The notes beneath the pieces were generated by a model. The model saw only the letters and a list, made by a program, of their open reading frames with translations, was not told the DNA's origin and did no database searches. A DNA stretch of 64,000 nucleotides, from NCBI GenBank assembly GCA_043228905.1, contig JBHGNT010000017.1, positions 15,996,001 to 16,060,000 on the forward strand, written 5' to 3'. The translations under genes and the position numbers were made by a program. Numbering within the stretch: the stretch's first letter is position 1; each line of letters opens with the position of its first letter. This stretch comes from Azolla caroliniana. Taxonomy: Eukaryota; Plantae; Polypodiophyta. This document shows positions 61,860 through 64,000 of the stretch, in pieces.

Positions 61860-64000
61860 TTTGGTTTGACCATTGCTCCGGCTACATTTCAACAAGAAAT
61901 GAATGACATTTTCCGAGAACAACTTGGAAAATTTGTCGTTATCTTCTTAGATGATATTTTAGTTTATAGCCGTACATTACAAGAACATGCTAGACATGTC
62001 CGCTTTGTTTTACAAATATTGCATGACAAACAATTTTACGCGAAGATCTCAAAATGTGAGTTCTTCAAGAAATCAATTACTTATCTTGGACATCTCATAA
62101 CCGAAAGAGGAGTTGAAATTGATCCTTCTCGCATCGAGAAAATCAAGCTTTGGCCCACTCTTCGGAATATTCGAGAAGTTCGATCATTCCTTGGTTTTGT
62201 CGGATTTTTGCGAAAATCTCTTCGTAATTACTCACAATTGACGACGCCGTTTACTGATCTTCTAAAAGGTCAAACGCGTAAGTCTACAAAACCTATTGTG
62301 TGGAATGCTACACTAGACCTCGCCTTTAAGGAACTCAAGGACTTGGTATGCAAGGCTCCTTCACTTCTTTTACCCGATCCTTCAAAACCTTTTGAGGTTG
62401 AAACCGACGCAAGCGATTATGCTATAGGTGCTGTCTTGTATCAAGATGGTAAACCAATAGCATTCGAGAGTAAGAAACTTGATTCTGCTCAATGTCGGTA
62501 TACCGTTCAAGAAAAGGAATTATTTGCGGTTATACATGCGCTCAAAACATGGCGCCATTATCTTTATGGAAATCACTTTGTGGTAACTACGGACCACGAG
62601 TCCTTGAAATATTTTTGTGACCAACAAGACCTGAAAGGTCGTAAGGCACGATGGGCTGATCTCATCCAGGACTTTGATTTTTCCATACGATATCGTAAAG
62701 GTTCCATGAATACTGTCGCTGATGCACTAAGTCGCATCCGTGAAGTTAACATGCTTAGCTTCACTGAAATAACATCAGATCTTTATGATCACCTTCGAGG
62801 AAAGTATCCTGATGACAATTATTTTGCAAAATACTGGGCAAGAGTCGAGTCTGGAACAGACACCACCACACCCTCGAAGGAATACTTCCACATTGCTAAC
62901 GGTCTGCTCTACCGTAATGGGAAGGTTTGTGTTCCAGATTTACCTGAGGTCAAAAAGAGAATTCTTTTTGAATGCCATGATGCACCCTCAGCAGGGCACC
63001 CTGGAATACATCGTACACTCGTTCTCATCTCCACTCAATTTTATTGGCCTAAGATGCGTCCTGACATACATAGCTATGTGACTAAATGTCACCAATGTCA
63101 GGTTAACAAAGCCGAGCGACTTAAAGCCGCAGGACTTTTACATCCCTTGGACATTCCCAATAATAAGTGGGAAAGTATATCCATGGATTTTATTGTTAGC
63201 CTTCCTCGCACCCAAAAAGGTCATGATGCCATATGGGTTGTGGTTGACAGACTAACTAAAATGGCCAGATTTATTGCTACTAAAACCACGGTAACAGCTC
63301 CTGAATTGGCTTACCAATTCGTTGATGAGTTATTTCGTTTTTACGGGTTACCGATGGATATCGTGAGTGACCGAGATCCGAAGTTTACTAGTGACTTCTG
63401 GACGCAAGTCTTTAAGAAGTTAGAAACTACGTTGAGCATGAGCTCCACGGATCATCCTCAATCCGATGGACAGACAGAACGAGTAAATCAAATTATTGAG
63501 GACATGCTTCGAGCATACGTTGGTGCAAAACCAACAAAATGGGAACGTTACCTCCCAATTTTGGAGTTTGCTTATAACAGCTCCAAACATACGTGGACGG
63601 GATATAGTCCTTTTATGTTGATGTATGGATTTTAGCCACGAGCCCGATTGATGTTAATATACATCATGATGAGTTGCGAAGTACGCAAAACTTTCTTCGG
63701 GATATGCAAGATATGTTGCATATTGCACGGGATAATATAAAAACAGCTCAAGATAGAGCGCGTTTTTATGCCGATCATCACAGGCAACCTCGTGTATTCA
63801 GCCCTGGACAGAAGGTATTTTTACGTGTACCTCACAATTCTAAGACATTGTCTACGGGTAAGTGCGCTAAGTTAGCCCCACGGTTTTGTGGACCTTTTAC
63901 AGTACTCAAACGCATTGGATCATCAGCCTATCGTCTCGCTCTTCCCGATGGTGTTGGAATCCATCCAGTCTTTCATGTAAGTCGTCTAAAAGAACTTCTA
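61860..64000 (+). pseudogene. Gypsy pol fragment: C-terminal RT, RNase H, integrase
   Basis: Begins at FGLTIAPATFQ; FLDD, ETDASD, HPG..C..C and DRDPKF. TAG at 63633, after which the frame shifts. Confidence 0.92.

Larger units (their letters stand above)
58443..64000 (+). mobile_element. Young rearranged Ty3/gypsy chromovirus: LTR-PBS-leader-gag-LTR-PBS-partial pol, running off the window
   Basis: 465-bp LTRs at 58443-58907 and 61363-61827 differ at one position I could find. Each is followed by a tRNA-Met PBS and the same short leader start. Confidence 0.95.

Overview
Plant genomic window, probably from a non-seed vascular plant such as a fern (inferred from a Tcn1-like chromovirus fragment, an RTEX/L2-type LINE family and GA/CA microsatellites; not certain). 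It holds three intact-looking host genes: an 8-exon RabD/RAB1 GTPase (32534-35461, +), a 12-exon vacuolar sorting receptor (46831-51793, +) and a 2-exon BAHD acyltransferase (52456-54633, -). There is also a decayed SWI3-like fragment. The rest is mostly nested transposons: three Ty1/copia elements (one Bianca-type), several chromovirus-type Ty3/gypsy elements and solo LTRs, L1 remnants, a MULE transposase, hAT and Mutator MITEs, and three copies of an unusual LINE. The strongest candidates for undescribed biology are (1) a conserved, covarying structured RNA plus an array of five stem-loops inside a probable intron of a gypsy leader, (2) a very young gypsy arranged LTR-gag-LTR-pol, (3) a near-intact RTEX/L2-like LINE with in-frame ORF1/ORF2, TC-microsatellite tails and a variable 3' UTR, and (4) tRNA-like A/B-box motifs inside LTR elements. 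Coordinates were read by eye; family assignments rest on motifs, not database searches.
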